Shown here: positions 21,632 through 33,084 of the stretch, in pieces
Layout of the letters: each line of letters begins with the position of its first letter
Position numbering within the stretch: the first letter of the stretch is position 1
Notes under the pieces: model-generated
What the model was told of the DNA's origin: nothing
Database searches by the model: none
What the model saw: only the letters and a program-made list of their open reading frames with translations
Assembly (NCBI GenBank): GCA_965365945.1
Contig: CBDUDP010000009.1
Span: forward strand, 21,331-85,330
Direction: 5' to 3'
Origin: an uncultured Gammaproteobacteria bacterium
GTDB lineage: Bacteria; Pseudomonadota; Gammaproteobacteria; Methylococcales; Methylomonadaceae
Length of the DNA stretch: 64,000 bases
Program-made: the position numbers and the translations under genes

Positions 21632-22615
21632 ATGACTCCACTCACTCCAACTTGGCAAACTGAATTAGCATCCGCTTTCACAAAACCGAGTGACTTGCTG
21701 CACTACCTGAATATCAATACTCACTCAGTATCGACTCTTGCCGAACATGATTTTGCTATGCGCGTTCCTTTAAGTTATGCCGCTTGCATGGAAAAAGGCA
21801 ACTTAAACGACCCCTTACTCAAACAAGTCTTACCTCACGCCAATGAACTCACTCAACAAGCTGACTATACAAATGACCCCGTGGGTGATTTACCTGCATT
21901 GACCGAAGACTGTATAATCCATAAGTATCAAGGGCGTGTTTTGTTTATTACCACCGGGGGCTGTGCGGTTAACTGCCGGTTTTGTTTTCGACGTAACTTC
22001 CCCTATAGCGAAGTTCAACTAAACAAACAAAAAGAAGCGAGAGCACTACAATATCTACAAGGCCATGACGATATACATGAAGTTATCTTAAGTGGCGGTG
22101 ACCCTCTATTATTAAATGATCAGCGACTGAAGCATTTAATTGATCAATGCGCTGCAATAGCCCACATTAAACGCATCCGTATTCATACCCGTATTCCTAT
22201 CGTACTGCCTGCTCGTATTACCGATAATTTAATTGATCTTCTAAGTAATGCTGTACTCCCCATCATTCTAGTAACACACTGCAACCATGCTAACGAGTTA
22301 AGCAAACAAGTTGCAACAGCGTGTTTAGCATTAAAAAAACAGAATATTACCTTACTCAATCAATCTGTTTTATTAAAAGATATTAATGATAATGAAAAAA
22401 TACTACAAGACTTAAGCGAGCGCTTATTTAATTGCGGAATATTACCTTATTATTTACATTTATTAGATAAAGCAACTGGAACAGCGCACTTTGAGGTAAA
22501 ACAAGAGGTGGCACTAAAAATACACCAGCAATTACAAAATAGTTTGCCGGGCTATTTAGTACCAAAATTAGTCCAAGAACAAGCAGGGGAAGCATCAAAA
22601 ACATTGCTTATTTAA
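21632..22615 (+). CDS. epmB: EF-P beta-lysylation lysine 2,3-aminomutase (radical SAM)
   Basis: CAVNCRFCFRRNFPY and EVILSGGDPL motifs; divergent from efp. Confidence 0.95.
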   Translation: MTPLTPTWQTELASAFTKPSDLLHYLNINTHSVSTLAEHDFAMRVPLSYAACMEKGNLNDPLLKQVLPHANELTQQADYTNDPVGDLPALTEDCIIHKYQGRVLFITTGGCAVNCRFCFRRNFPYSEVQLNKQKEARALQYLQGHDDIHEVILSGGDPLLLNDQRLKHLIDQCAAIAHIKRIRIHTRIPIVLPARITDNLIDLLSNAVLPIILVTHCNHANELSKQVATACLALKKQNITLLNQSVLLKDINDNEKILQDLSERLFNCGILPYYLHLLDKATGTAHFEVKQEVALKIHQQLQNSLPGYLVPKLVQEQAGEASKTLLI

Positions 22616-22740
22616 TAAACTAGCAACCAGCATACAAGCTTTTAACCACAGAGAAGAAAAAGGATCTTCTTTGTTGATTTTAAGCCATCTACAGTTAAAT
22701 TTTTTATGATTACGAACTTTCAGCCAACAAAAAACCTATT

Positions 22741-22772
22741 GTAGCCCGTTATGGAGCTTACGAAATACGAGA
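22741..22772 (+). repeat. degenerate GTAG-type REP-like element
   Basis: GTAGCCCGTTATGGAGC...GAAATACGAGA between convergent genes. Confidence 0.35.
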
Positions 22773-22913
22773 GATTTGGAGCAATTATTCCCCCGCATTC
22801 AACAACAACATGTGACTACAATGGCAAATCATTTTTTTCAAGATAACTGAAGCTTTCGGGGAATCAAAAAAACTTTTATGAAAAAATCAGTTTAATTATG
22901 TAAGCGCAGGAAA

Positions 22914-23309
22914 TCAGGAATTATTAACCATTGCACACAATACGTCAGTACGACTAATAATACCAACTAACTCTTTATTTTGATAAACAGGAAAACTACG
23001 CACCGAAGACTTTTGGAATTGGGCTGCCAAATCAACCACACTCATGTCGGCAGCAACTTGAACAACCTCTTCTGTCATAAATTCTGAAACACGCCCTGCA
23101 CTGCTTTGATTGTATGCTGTTTCTACGACCATTTTTAAGGCATCTTTTTCAGAAAACATACCCACCACGTTATTGTGCTCATCCATAACGGGTGCGCCTG
23201 TGATTTTATGGCTTAATATCATCTTAACTGCATCAACGACATTCATGTCTTTAGTCAATTTCACTAAATGCTTAGTCATATAATCTGCTACTGTGATTTT
23301 TGCTAACAT
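22914..23309 (-). CDS. tandem CBS-domain protein
   Basis: TVADYMT, ITGAPV...VVGMFSEKD and FPVYQNKELVGIISRTDV motifs. Confidence 0.9.
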   Translation of the reverse strand: MLAKITVADYMTKHLVKLTKDMNVVDAVKMILSHKITGAPVMDEHNNVVGMFSEKDALKMVVETAYNQSSAGRVSEFMTEEVVQVAADMSVVDLAAQFQKSSVRSFPVYQNKELVGIISRTDVLCAMVNNS

Positions 23310-23384
23310 AACTCTTCCTCGTTATTATTTTTATAATTCAATCGTTCTATAGCGTAAATCCTTTTATTAAATAAGCGCCTCTAG

Positions 23385-23573
23385 TCAACCTGCGCTTGCT
23401 TCAGCCTCTGCATCCTGCTTCTTTCTTTTATCACACTTTTCAATACAAATACAATCCGCAGCGCCTTCACCGCCACAAGAACCTTTAATCGCATTTCGGC
23501 CAAAAATTACACCAACTGCCATAACGACGATAACGAGAACCATAAATGCAAATGTCACTAAAAAATAAATCAT
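23385..23573 (-). CDS. nqrM: Na+-NQR maturation factor NqrM (DUF539)
   Basis: TM helix followed by IKGSCGG and C-x-C-x3-C; directly after apbE. Confidence 0.88.
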   Translation of the reverse strand: MIYFLVTFAFMVLVIVVMAVGVIFGRNAIKGSCGGEGAADCICIEKCDKRKKQDAEAEASAG

Positions 23574-24625
23574 TGTTTTACCTTTATATAGTCTGTAAAC
23601 AAAGGCGTTGCACGCTCGACAAACCCTTGCTCTGTTTTAATAATAAAAAATACGGCTAATTGTTGCTCTTCAGCCAGTTTATAAGCCGCTTCAGGACCTA
23701 GCACCATTAATGCAGTTGCCCACGCATCTGCAAGCATACAAGTCTCAGTTAGTACTGTGACAGATGCCAATTTATGGGTAATGGGATACCCTATTCTTGG
23801 GTCAATAGTATGCGAAAAGCGCTGCCCATCTTGCTCAAAGAAATTCCTATAATCACCTGAGGTAGCCATTGCTGTATCGGTAATAGCAACTACCCTTTCT
23901 AATTCTCTTTTATTGATAGTAGGCTTTTCTATGGCAATACGCCACTTTTTACCTTGTAAATTTTTTCCTTTTAAGCGAAGTTCTCCACCAATTTCGACTA
24001 AATAATCTTTAATTCCCTGCTCTTCCAATACTCTAGCTACTTCATCAACAGCATAGCCCTTAGCTAAGGCCGATAAATCCATTGATAAACTAGCTAAGGT
24101 TTTAGTAACCGTTAAATCTTGTTTATTCAGCTGTAATTTATCATAACCACTTCGAGCTAATAATTGTGCAATGGCTTCCGGCTTAGGCATTTGAGAAAGC
24201 ATCATATCAGGCCCAAAACCCCATAAATTCACTAAAGGTCCGACCGTAATATCAAATGCACCCGCTGACAATTGACTAATATTTTGCGCTGCATCAAGTA
24301 CCGTATAGAGTTCAGCTGAAATAATTTTCGGCTCTGTATCTGATAAAATATTTAATAAGGATAGCTCTGAATCCTTTAGATAAGTCGACATGCGCTGATT
24401 AATCGCCTGCAAACGCATTAGGATTAACTGCTGCAAATTATCTACGCTAATCTGCTCAGGTATATGACTCGCTTTAATAGCAAAGCTGGTGCCCATAATT
24501 GGCCCAGAATAAACAAAAGGATATTTCTGAGGCGTGACACTTTCACAGCCTGATAATAAAAAAACGAGCATTAAGCATAAGCCTAATCCTCGTTTAAATA
24601 ATTTTTGTAACATATTTTTATCCAT
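23570..24625 (-). CDS. apbE: FAD:protein FMN transferase
   Basis: Lipobox LSGC; MGTSF, DLSALAKGYAVD, ATSGDYRN and ADAWATAL motifs. Confidence 0.96.
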   Translation of the reverse strand: MDKNMLQKLFKRGLGLCLMLVFLLSGCESVTPQKYPFVYSGPIMGTSFAIKASHIPEQISVDNLQQLILMRLQAINQRMSTYLKDSELSLLNILSDTEPKIISAELYTVLDAAQNISQLSAGAFDITVGPLVNLWGFGPDMMLSQMPKPEAIAQLLARSGYDKLQLNKQDLTVTKTLASLSMDLSALAKGYAVDEVARVLEEQGIKDYLVEIGGELRLKGKNLQGKKWRIAIEKPTINKRELERVVAITDTAMATSGDYRNFFEQDGQRFSHTIDPRIGYPITHKLASVTVLTETCMLADAWATALMVLGPEAAYKLAEEQQLAVFFIIKTEQGFVERATPLFTDYIKVKQ

Positions 24626-24661
24626 ACATCAGACAATGCTTCAACACTAACTGATAGCATT

Positions 24662-24691
24662 AAAAAAGGGTGACTAAAACTCAGTCACCCT
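24662..24691 (-). terminator. intrinsic terminator after nqrF
   Basis: Minus strand reads AGGGTGACT-GAGTTTT-AGTCACCCT followed by a T tract. Confidence 0.75.
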
Positions 24692-24717
24692 CCTCATATT
24701 CCTTATAAAAGGATTAC

Positions 24718-25938
24718 TTAACCACCGAAGTCATCTAACATGATATTTTCTGGCTCAACACCATTTTCTATCAACATATTGATTACCGCAGAGTTCATCA
24801 TTGGTGGACCACACATGTAATATTCACAATCTTCTGGTGCTGGGTGGTTTTTAATAAACTCCTCCAACAAGATATTATGAATAAAGCCTGTGTAACCTTC
24901 CCAGTTATCTTCTGGTAACGGGTCAGATAAACCGACATGCCACTCAAAATTGTCATTTTCACCCGCTAGCATATCGAAATCTTCTACATAGAACATTTCA
25001 CGCTTAGAGCGTGCGCCGTACCAAAAAGTCATCTTACGATTAGTTTTTAAAGTACGTAACTGGTTAAAGATATGCGACCGCATAGGTGCCATACCCGCTC
25101 CACCACCAATAAAGACCATTTCTGCATCAGTCTTTTTCGCGTAGAATTCACCATAAGGCCCTGATACGATACATTTATCACCTGGTTTCAGATCAAAAAT
25201 ATACGACGACATAATACCTGGAGGTACCGAGTCAGGCGCTCCTGGTGGAGGCGTAGCAATACGAACGTTTAACATGATTTCTTTCTCTTCTGGGAAAGAA
25301 GCCATTGAATAAGCACGTAACGCATCTTCTTTTACATCAGAAGTATAGCGCCATAAATCGTATTTATCCCAATCACCGCGGAAGTCTTCTTCAATGTCAA
25401 AATCAGCATATTTAGCGATATGTGGTGGACATTCAATCTGAATATAACCACCCGCTTCATATTTAATCTCTTCGCCATTTGGCAATTCTAAGACTAATTC
25501 TTTAATAAATGTTGCTACGTTATGGTTTGATTTAACCGTACATTCCCATTTCTTTACACCGAAAACACTGTCTTCGACTTCAATGTTCATGTCATGCTTA
25601 ATCGCAACCTGACAAGCTAAACGCTCGCCTTCTGCCGCTTCACGCTTAGTAATATGACCTAATTCAGTAGGTAGAATTTCACCACCACCAGAATTGATTT
25701 TCACTTTGCATTGTGCACACGTACCACCACCACCACAAGCAGAAGGCACGAACAAGCCGTTATCTGCAAGTGCGGTTAATAATTTACCACCCACTGGTAC
25801 ATGAATCTTTTTCTCATCATTGATAAGAATTTCAACATCTCCAGAGGCAACTAATTTACTCTTTGCACCGATAATAACAAATACCAGAGCAATCACGATA
25901 ACCGTGAAAATAATAATTCCTAATGCAATTTCTAGCAT
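24718..25938 (-). CDS. nqrF: Na+-translocating NADH:quinone reductase subunit F
   Basis: [12 protein letters not shown] 2Fe-2S motif, RAYSMA and [12 protein letters not shown]. Confidence 0.98.
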   Translation of the reverse strand: MLEIALGIIIFTVIVIALVFVIIGAKSKLVASGDVEILINDEKKIHVPVGGKLLTALADNGLFVPSACGGGGTCAQCKVKINSGGGEILPTELGHITKREAAEGERLACQVAIKHDMNIEVEDSVFGVKKWECTVKSNHNVATFIKELVLELPNGEEIKYEAGGYIQIECPPHIAKYADFDIEEDFRGDWDKYDLWRYTSDVKEDALRAYSMASFPEEKEIMLNVRIATPPPGAPDSVPPGIMSSYIFDLKPGDKCIVSGPYGEFYAKKTDAEMVFIGGGAGMAPMRSHIFNQLRTLKTNRKMTFWYGARSKREMFYVEDFDMLAGENDNFEWHVGLSDPLPEDNWEGYTGFIHNILLEEFIKNHPAPEDCEYYMCGPPMMNSAVINMLIENGVEPENIMLDDFGG

Positions 25939-25950
25939 TACGATACCTTC

Positions 25951-26559
25951 CTAAAGTTGGATTCCAGAGAAAGCCATGAAGCCAAGTGACATCAGACCCG
26001 CGCTAATAAATGTAATCCCAAGACCTTCAAGGCCTTTAGGAATATCACTGTATTTTAGTTTCTCACGAACACCCGCCATCACTGTGATAGCTAACATCCA
26101 ACCGAAACCACTACCGACACCATATACGACTGATTGAGTAAAATCATAGTCACGTTCAATCATGAACAAACTACCACCTAAAATCGCACAGTTTACAGTG
26201 ATTAATGGTAAAAATACGCCCAATGCATGATACAAAGCAGGAAAGAATTTATCTAAAATCATTTCCAAAATTTGTACTAATGCAGCGATCATACCAATAC
26301 AGCTTAATAACGCTAAAAAGCTTAGATCAACACCAGTGATGCCCATCCATGCCAATGCATCTTCTTTTAGTAAAGTATGGTAAATAATGTTATTCACAGG
26401 CACCGTAATAACCTGTACAACCATTACTGCAATACCTAAACCCATTGCTGTCGATATTTTCTTCGACACCGCTAGGAAGGTACACATACCCAAGAAAAAC
26501 GCTAAGGCTAAGTTCTCTACGAAAACCGCTTTAATAAATAAACTAAGATAAGCTTCCAT
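25951..26559 (-). CDS. nqrE: Na+-NQR subunit E
   Basis: [14 protein letters not shown] and LITVNCAI motifs. Confidence 0.97.
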   Translation of the reverse strand: MEAYLSLFIKAVFVENLALAFFLGMCTFLAVSKKISTAMGLGIAVMVVQVITVPVNNIIYHTLLKEDALAWMGITGVDLSFLALLSCIGMIAALVQILEMILDKFFPALYHALGVFLPLITVNCAILGGSLFMIERDYDFTQSVVYGVGSGFGWMLAITVMAGVREKLKYSDIPKGLEGLGITFISAGLMSLGFMAFSGIQL

Positions 26560-27224
26560 TAGTGATGCCCTCCTTCACCATGAGAAATATCCATGATTTT
26601 AAAATCAGCTGCTTCATTTTGATCAGGCTTCCATTGACGGAATACCCAAATAATACAACCAATAATAAAAAATGCGCTTGGCGGCAATAACATCATGCCA
26701 TTAGGCTCGTACCACCCACCATCTTTAATCAATGGAAAGATATCTATACCTAACAATTTACCAGAACCAAACAACTCTCTGAAAAAGGCAACAATAACCA
26801 AGATCAAACTATAGCCCAAGCCATTACCAATACCATCTATAAAACTCGCCATCGGCGGATTTTTCATAGCATAAGCTTCAGCACGCCCCATTACGATACA
26901 GTTAGTAATAATCAAACCAACAAAAACCGATAGTTGCTTACTCACATCATAAACAAAGGCTTTTAAGACTTGATCAACCACGATAACCAAAGAAGCAATA
27001 ATCGTCATTTGTACAATGATGCGAATACTACTAGGAATATGGTTACGGATTGAACTAATCGCCGCACTTGAACAGGCTGTTACTGCAGTTAATGCCACCG
27101 CCATAATTAATGACGTTGACATTTGCGAGGTAACCGCTAATGCTGAACAGATACCCAATACTTGTAAAGTAATCGGGTTATTATTGACCAACGGATCGGT
27201 CAGTACTTTTTTTGTATCACTCAT
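26559..27224 (-). CDS. nqrD: Na+-NQR subunit D
   Basis: [13 protein letters not shown] and [14 protein letters not shown] motifs. Confidence 0.97.
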   Translation of the reverse strand: MSDTKKVLTDPLVNNNPITLQVLGICSALAVTSQMSTSLIMAVALTAVTACSSAAISSIRNHIPSSIRIIVQMTIIASLVIVVDQVLKAFVYDVSKQLSVFVGLIITNCIVMGRAEAYAMKNPPMASFIDGIGNGLGYSLILVIVAFFRELFGSGKLLGIDIFPLIKDGGWYEPNGMMLLPPSAFFIIGCIIWVFRQWKPDQNEAADFKIMDISHGEGGHH

Positions 27225-27233
27225 AAGTAACTC

Positions 27234-28109
27234 CTAACCCTTAGTTCTTACTTTAGCTAAATAAGCGGCAAAACCTTCTTGGCTCATCCAATATTTAACA
27301 AGATTGGTAACACCTACACTGGTTAGTGTAGCACCCGCTAAACCATCAACTTGAAACTCAGATCCTGGCTTTGAAGTATCCACTAAGCCTTTAATTAAGC
27401 CTAAAGATACATTACCCGCTTCATCATAGACTTTTTTACCTTTCCATAATGCACGCCAGTTAGGATTCACAACTTCAGCACCTAGCCCAGGAGTTTCACC
27501 TTGATCATAAAAATTAATGCTTTGCACAGTCTGTCCATCCGCCTCTAAAGCAAGGAAACCATACATAGTTGACCATAGGCCATAACCATGAACCGGAAGG
27601 ATAATAGACTTAACTGCACCACCTTCTTTCACTAAATAAACTTTAGCAATTTTAGCGCGAGTTTTAATGCTAGCAAGATCTTGAGTAGTCGTTAATTTTA
27701 TATTTAACGCCGGATCTTTAGCCGCTTTACGTTGGTCGTAAGCATCTACATCACCTTCTACATAATCACCCGTCGCAACATCAACTAATTTAGCTTCGAT
27801 TTGTTCAGCGAAAGCTTCATTAATATCAGTACCTTCTTGCAATAATCCCGCAACATCAAGAATATTCTTCTTCATGTCTAAGGCTTTATTTTCAATTTGC
27901 AAAGGACGCAAAGCAACCGCGGCAATTGATACAAGAATCGCACAAACAAAACATAATGATAATGCAATCGCAATAGTTTTTTCTAAGCTATCGTTACTTA
28001 ACGATAAAATATGATCTCTGTACTTAGCAAATTTTTGGTAGTGCTCGCACTTGTCCAATTTTTCACACAGTCCCGCCATATACTTACAAGTCTTTTTTTC
28101 GTTAGGCAT
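27234..28109 (-). CDS. nqrC: Na+-NQR subunit C, with an N-terminal Cys-rich extension
   Basis: [21 protein letters not shown] and FMN-binding [10 protein letters not shown] motifs. Confidence 0.96.
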   Translation of the reverse strand: MPNEKKTCKYMAGLCEKLDKCEHYQKFAKYRDHILSLSNDSLEKTIAIALSLCFVCAILVSIAAVALRPLQIENKALDMKKNILDVAGLLQEGTDINEAFAEQIEAKLVDVATGDYVEGDVDAYDQRKAAKDPALNIKLTTTQDLASIKTRAKIAKVYLVKEGGAVKSIILPVHGYGLWSTMYGFLALEADGQTVQSINFYDQGETPGLGAEVVNPNWRALWKGKKVYDEAGNVSLGLIKGLVDTSKPGSEFQVDGLAGATLTSVGVTNLVKYWMSQEGFAAYLAKVRTKG

Positions 28110-29303
28110 GACGTTTCATCCTTCTCTTAATATTTGCCTGAACGACAAAATAATCAATTACAGGTGCAAACATATTAGCGAACAAAATAGACAGCATCAT
28201 GCCTTCAGGGAAAGCAGGATTAACTACGCGCACTAATACAACCATGACACCAATAACAGCACCATAAATCCAACGACCTTTATTAGTCATTGCCGCAGAA
28301 ACAGGATCTGTTGCCATGTACACCATACCAAAAGCAAAACCACCCAAGGTTAAATGCCAGTAAAAAGGCATAGAAAACATTGGATTAGTATCACTACCGA
28401 TCATATTGAACATTAAAGAGGTGGCAACCATACCGAACAAAACACCACCCATAACGCGATAAGATGCAATCTTCGTATAGAGTAAAAATGCCGCACCAAT
28501 TAAGATGGCTAAAGTCGATGTTTCACCGATTGAACCCGGCATAAAACCCATAAAGGTTTGAAACCAGCCATAACCAGCAGCATGAACAGCATCAAGCCCA
28601 CCGGTTGCCGCCAAACCTAATGGTGTTGCCGCAGTAAAACCATCAACACCAACCCAAACAGAGTCACCTGAAATCGCTGCTGGATAAGCAAAGAATAAAA
28701 AGGCACGACCTGTTAAAGCAGGATTCAAAAAGTTTTTACCTGTTCCACCGAATACTTCTTTACCGATAACAATACCGAAAGAAATACCTAATGCAACCTG
28801 CCATAAAGGCATGTCAGGCGGTAAAATCAAGGTATATAGCATAGAAGAAACTAAGAAACCTTCGTTTACTTCATGACCACGCACCGTAGAAAATAAAACT
28901 TCCCAAACACCACCTACTGCTAAAGTAACAATATAAATAGGTAAGAAGAATAAAGCACCATGAACCATATTAGAAATAGGATTCATCGGGTTATAACCAA
29001 ATAGCATCATAGGAATACTACGCCAGCTATTTGCTTCCTCTAAGCCCATTGCTTCCATAGCCAAATTAGCTTGATAACCTGAGTTATACATCGCCATTAA
29101 GATACAAAAGAAACACGCAATAACCACAAAGGTCATGGTACGCTTTAAATCATTACCATCACGTACATGTGTAGTACCACGCGTAACATCAGATGGTGTA
29201 TAAATAAAAGTATCGACCATCTCATAGAGACCGTAATACTTCTCTAGTTTGCCGCCTTTGGTAAAGTTCGGCTCAATACTATCTAAAAAATATCTAGCAG
29301 ACA

Positions 29304-29304
<1 letters not shown>
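28102..29304 (-). CDS. nqrB: Na+-NQR subunit B
   Basis: [27 protein letters not shown] and MATDPVS motifs. Confidence 0.97.
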
Positions 29305-30698
<1,394 letters not shown>

Positions 30699-30819
30699 TT
30701 AATTTTCATAAGCATGAAAACAAGAGGCACTTCAATACATAAAACTTTACTATTATTCCATAAAAAAGCCCCATTCTCAATGCGCTTATCAGACAAAAGA
30801 GTATAGTCAGGAGATTTTT

Positions 30820-31704
30820 TTATTCAGCAAAGTAATTTACCAAGAAATCAATAAAAGTACTCATTTTAGCTGGGTAGTAATTGCGCTGTAAGTAAGTAGC
30901 GTAAACAGACAATTTTGGAATCTTATACAACTCTAACACCTCAACTAGTTCGCCTGAATGCACATAACTCCGCACCGACAAAGCCGGCGCACGAATCAGC
31001 CCCATCCCTAACGAAGCTGCTTGGCATAAAGCTCGCCCATTATTCGATGCAAATGACCACTTTGGACGTATATCAAACCGCTTATTATCTTTATGGAATA
31101 CCCACACATCAGCATGCGGTGTATCTAAATAATGCAGGCATTTATGCTGCTCTAAATCCTCCACCGTTTTAGGAACCCCATGCTGTTTTAAGTAGCTAGG
31201 CGCAGCATAAGTACATAGAGAGGTTTGTGCAATTTCCCTTGCAACCACCCCCTGATCCAGTTTATCTGTAACAACAATAGAAATATCAAATTTCCCCGCA
31301 CGCAAATTAATAAAGGCATTATTGAGTGACATCAAAACATTAACATCGGGGTATTCTTTTTGGTATGCATCAATTACTGGCACCATATATAGACCGCCAA
31401 AATCAATAGGCGCATTAATTTTAAGCACACCTTTAACAATTTCCCCCGATTGCGTAACCGAACTTTCTATATCATTCAAATCAGCCAACAACTGCTTGCA
31501 CTGACGATAATAGTTTTGCCCCAATTCAGTCACATGCAATTGCCGAGTCTTGCGATTAATTAACGTTACACCTAAGGAGTGCTCTAAGCTGCGCATATAT
31601 TTACTAACCATCATTGCGGAAACACCCATTTCCCGTGCAACGGCCGCAAAAGTACCTAACTCTACAATGCGACAAAAAACCTGCATATTCTTTAACTTAT
31701 CCAC
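30820..31704 (-). CDS. LysR-family transcriptional regulator (CrgA/DmlR-like)
   Basis: N-terminal HTH (GTFAAVARE...VSKY..LEHSLGV.LINRKTR) and substrate-binding domain; GTG start with an AGGGAGG RBS. Confidence 0.93.
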   Translation of the reverse strand: MDKLKNMQVFCRIVELGTFAAVAREMGVSAMMVSKYMRSLEHSLGVTLINRKTRQLHVTELGQNYYRQCKQLLADLNDIESSVTQSGEIVKGVLKINAPIDFGGLYMVPVIDAYQKEYPDVNVLMSLNNAFINLRAGKFDISIVVTDKLDQGVVAREIAQTSLCTYAAPSYLKQHGVPKTVEDLEQHKCLHYLDTPHADVWVFHKDNKRFDIRPKWSFASNNGRALCQAASLGMGLIRAPALSVRSYVHSGELVEVLELYKIPKLSVYATYLQRNYYPAKMSTFIDFLVNYFAE

Positions 31705-31716
31705 TAGCCCTCCCTT

Positions 31717-31735
31717 TATAAACCATAAGTTTATA
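31717..31735. promoter_or_regulatory. dyad operator candidate between lysR and beta-CA
   Basis: Perfect TATAAAC-N5-GTTTATA just upstream of the lysR RBS. Confidence 0.55.
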
Positions 31736-31944
31736 TAACATAAACTATAAAGTCTCTACCGTAATTATTATTCAAGCTATACAATTCATTCCGGAGATAA
31801 CAAAACGACAAGCGCTTATTGGGTATTGAGTTTGCAGCACAGCTTAAATCTCGTCATGATTAATGACTCAGACTAAGAAACTTGCTCAAACCCATACCAA
31901 GTAAGTGCTTTCTTTAAACTAAAGAACATTACAAAGGCTGCATC

Positions 31945-32523
31945 ATGAGTAAAATATTAAATGAAGTACTTTTGGCTAACCGCGACTATACAGCAAGTTT
32001 TGATAAAGCTGATTTAGCGATGCCTCCAGCTCGCCAATTTGCCATACTCACTTGTATGGATGCGCGCCTAGATCCCGCTAAATATGCAGGCCTTTCCGAA
32101 GGCGATGCACATGTTATTCGTAACGCAGGCGGACGCGCAAGTGATGATGCTATCCGTTCGCTAGTTATTTCATATAAACTACTAGGTACGCGTGAATGGT
32201 TTGTTATTCACCATACAAACTGCGGTATGGAAACATTTACCGATAATATTATGCGCGAACTGCTATCAACTAGCTTAAAAACAGCTTCTGTTGATGATAC
32301 CGGTTGGCATGACTGTTGCGAAGGCAATGGCTCGGCAGAAGGCAATTATATTGATTGGCTAACTATCGAAGAGCAAACACAAAGCGTACTAGAAGATGTA
32401 ACTCGCATTAGAAATCACCCACTTGTTCCTGGTGATATTCCTGTTTATGGCTATATTTACGATGTAAAATCTGGCTCACTGATAGAAGTCCCAGAAGCTA
32501 CAACTGCCGGACAGTGCCGATAA
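31945..32523 (+). CDS. beta-class carbonic anhydrase (clade D-like)
   Basis: [22 protein letters not shown] and GYIYDV motifs. Confidence 0.92.
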   Translation: MSKILNEVLLANRDYTASFDKADLAMPPARQFAILTCMDARLDPAKYAGLSEGDAHVIRNAGGRASDDAIRSLVISYKLLGTREWFVIHHTNCGMETFTDNIMRELLSTSLKTASVDDTGWHDCCEGNGSAEGNYIDWLTIEEQTQSVLEDVTRIRNHPLVPGDIPVYGYIYDVKSGSLIEVPEATTAGQCR

Positions 32524-32542
32524 ACTTGCTAAAAACACAGTA

Positions 32543-32567
32543 AAGTCGTGAAGCTGCTTCACGACTT
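32543..32567. terminator. perfect hairpin after the carbonic anhydrase gene
   Basis: AAGTCGTGAAGC-T-GCTTCACGACTT; weak U tract, so it could be a repeat instead. Confidence 0.5.
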
Positions 32568-32659
32568 ATTCCCATATCACATATTTCCAGACCTACCTCC
32601 GCCATAGACACTCATTACTCTACAGGCTATGATAAATAAAACATATTAAGGAGAATTTT

Positions 32660-32947
32660 ATGCCTGGCACTCTCGCAGCAATCATCATTACCGTCTTATT
32701 TTTCAAGTCAGCATCAGATGCAGGAAAAAATCCTGTGCACATGGCTTTTACTGGTTTTCTAGTATTTTTTATTCCTGCGCTACTCTGGACTTTCTTTATT
32801 ACTCCAGGATTTAAAGATACACTTGCACACGACCCTAGCAATACCTTAGTCAAACTGACCGCGAACTATGCCTATGTCGTTATTGGTACAGCATGTTCCA
32901 CTTGGGCTTGGTTTAAAATCTTCAAATCAAATAGCGAAGATAATTAA
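32660..32947 (+). CDS. small hypothetical membrane protein (~3 TM)
   Basis: GGAG RBS, hydrophobic segments, fills the intergenic gap. Confidence 0.75.
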   Translation: MPGTLAAIIITVLFFKSASDAGKNPVHMAFTGFLVFFIPALLWTFFITPGFKDTLAHDPSNTLVKLTANYAYVVIGTACSTWAWFKIFKSNSEDN

Positions 32948-33084
32948 TATCACACTACTGCCATAGCAAAACAAGGAACTGCAAAACTTTAGGTAGGTGC
33001 ACAATGGATTTCGCTTTAGTTATTTCTATAATAACTAAAGCGCATCACTCCTGCTGAACTTGATACAAGCCCAGCAGATAAACT

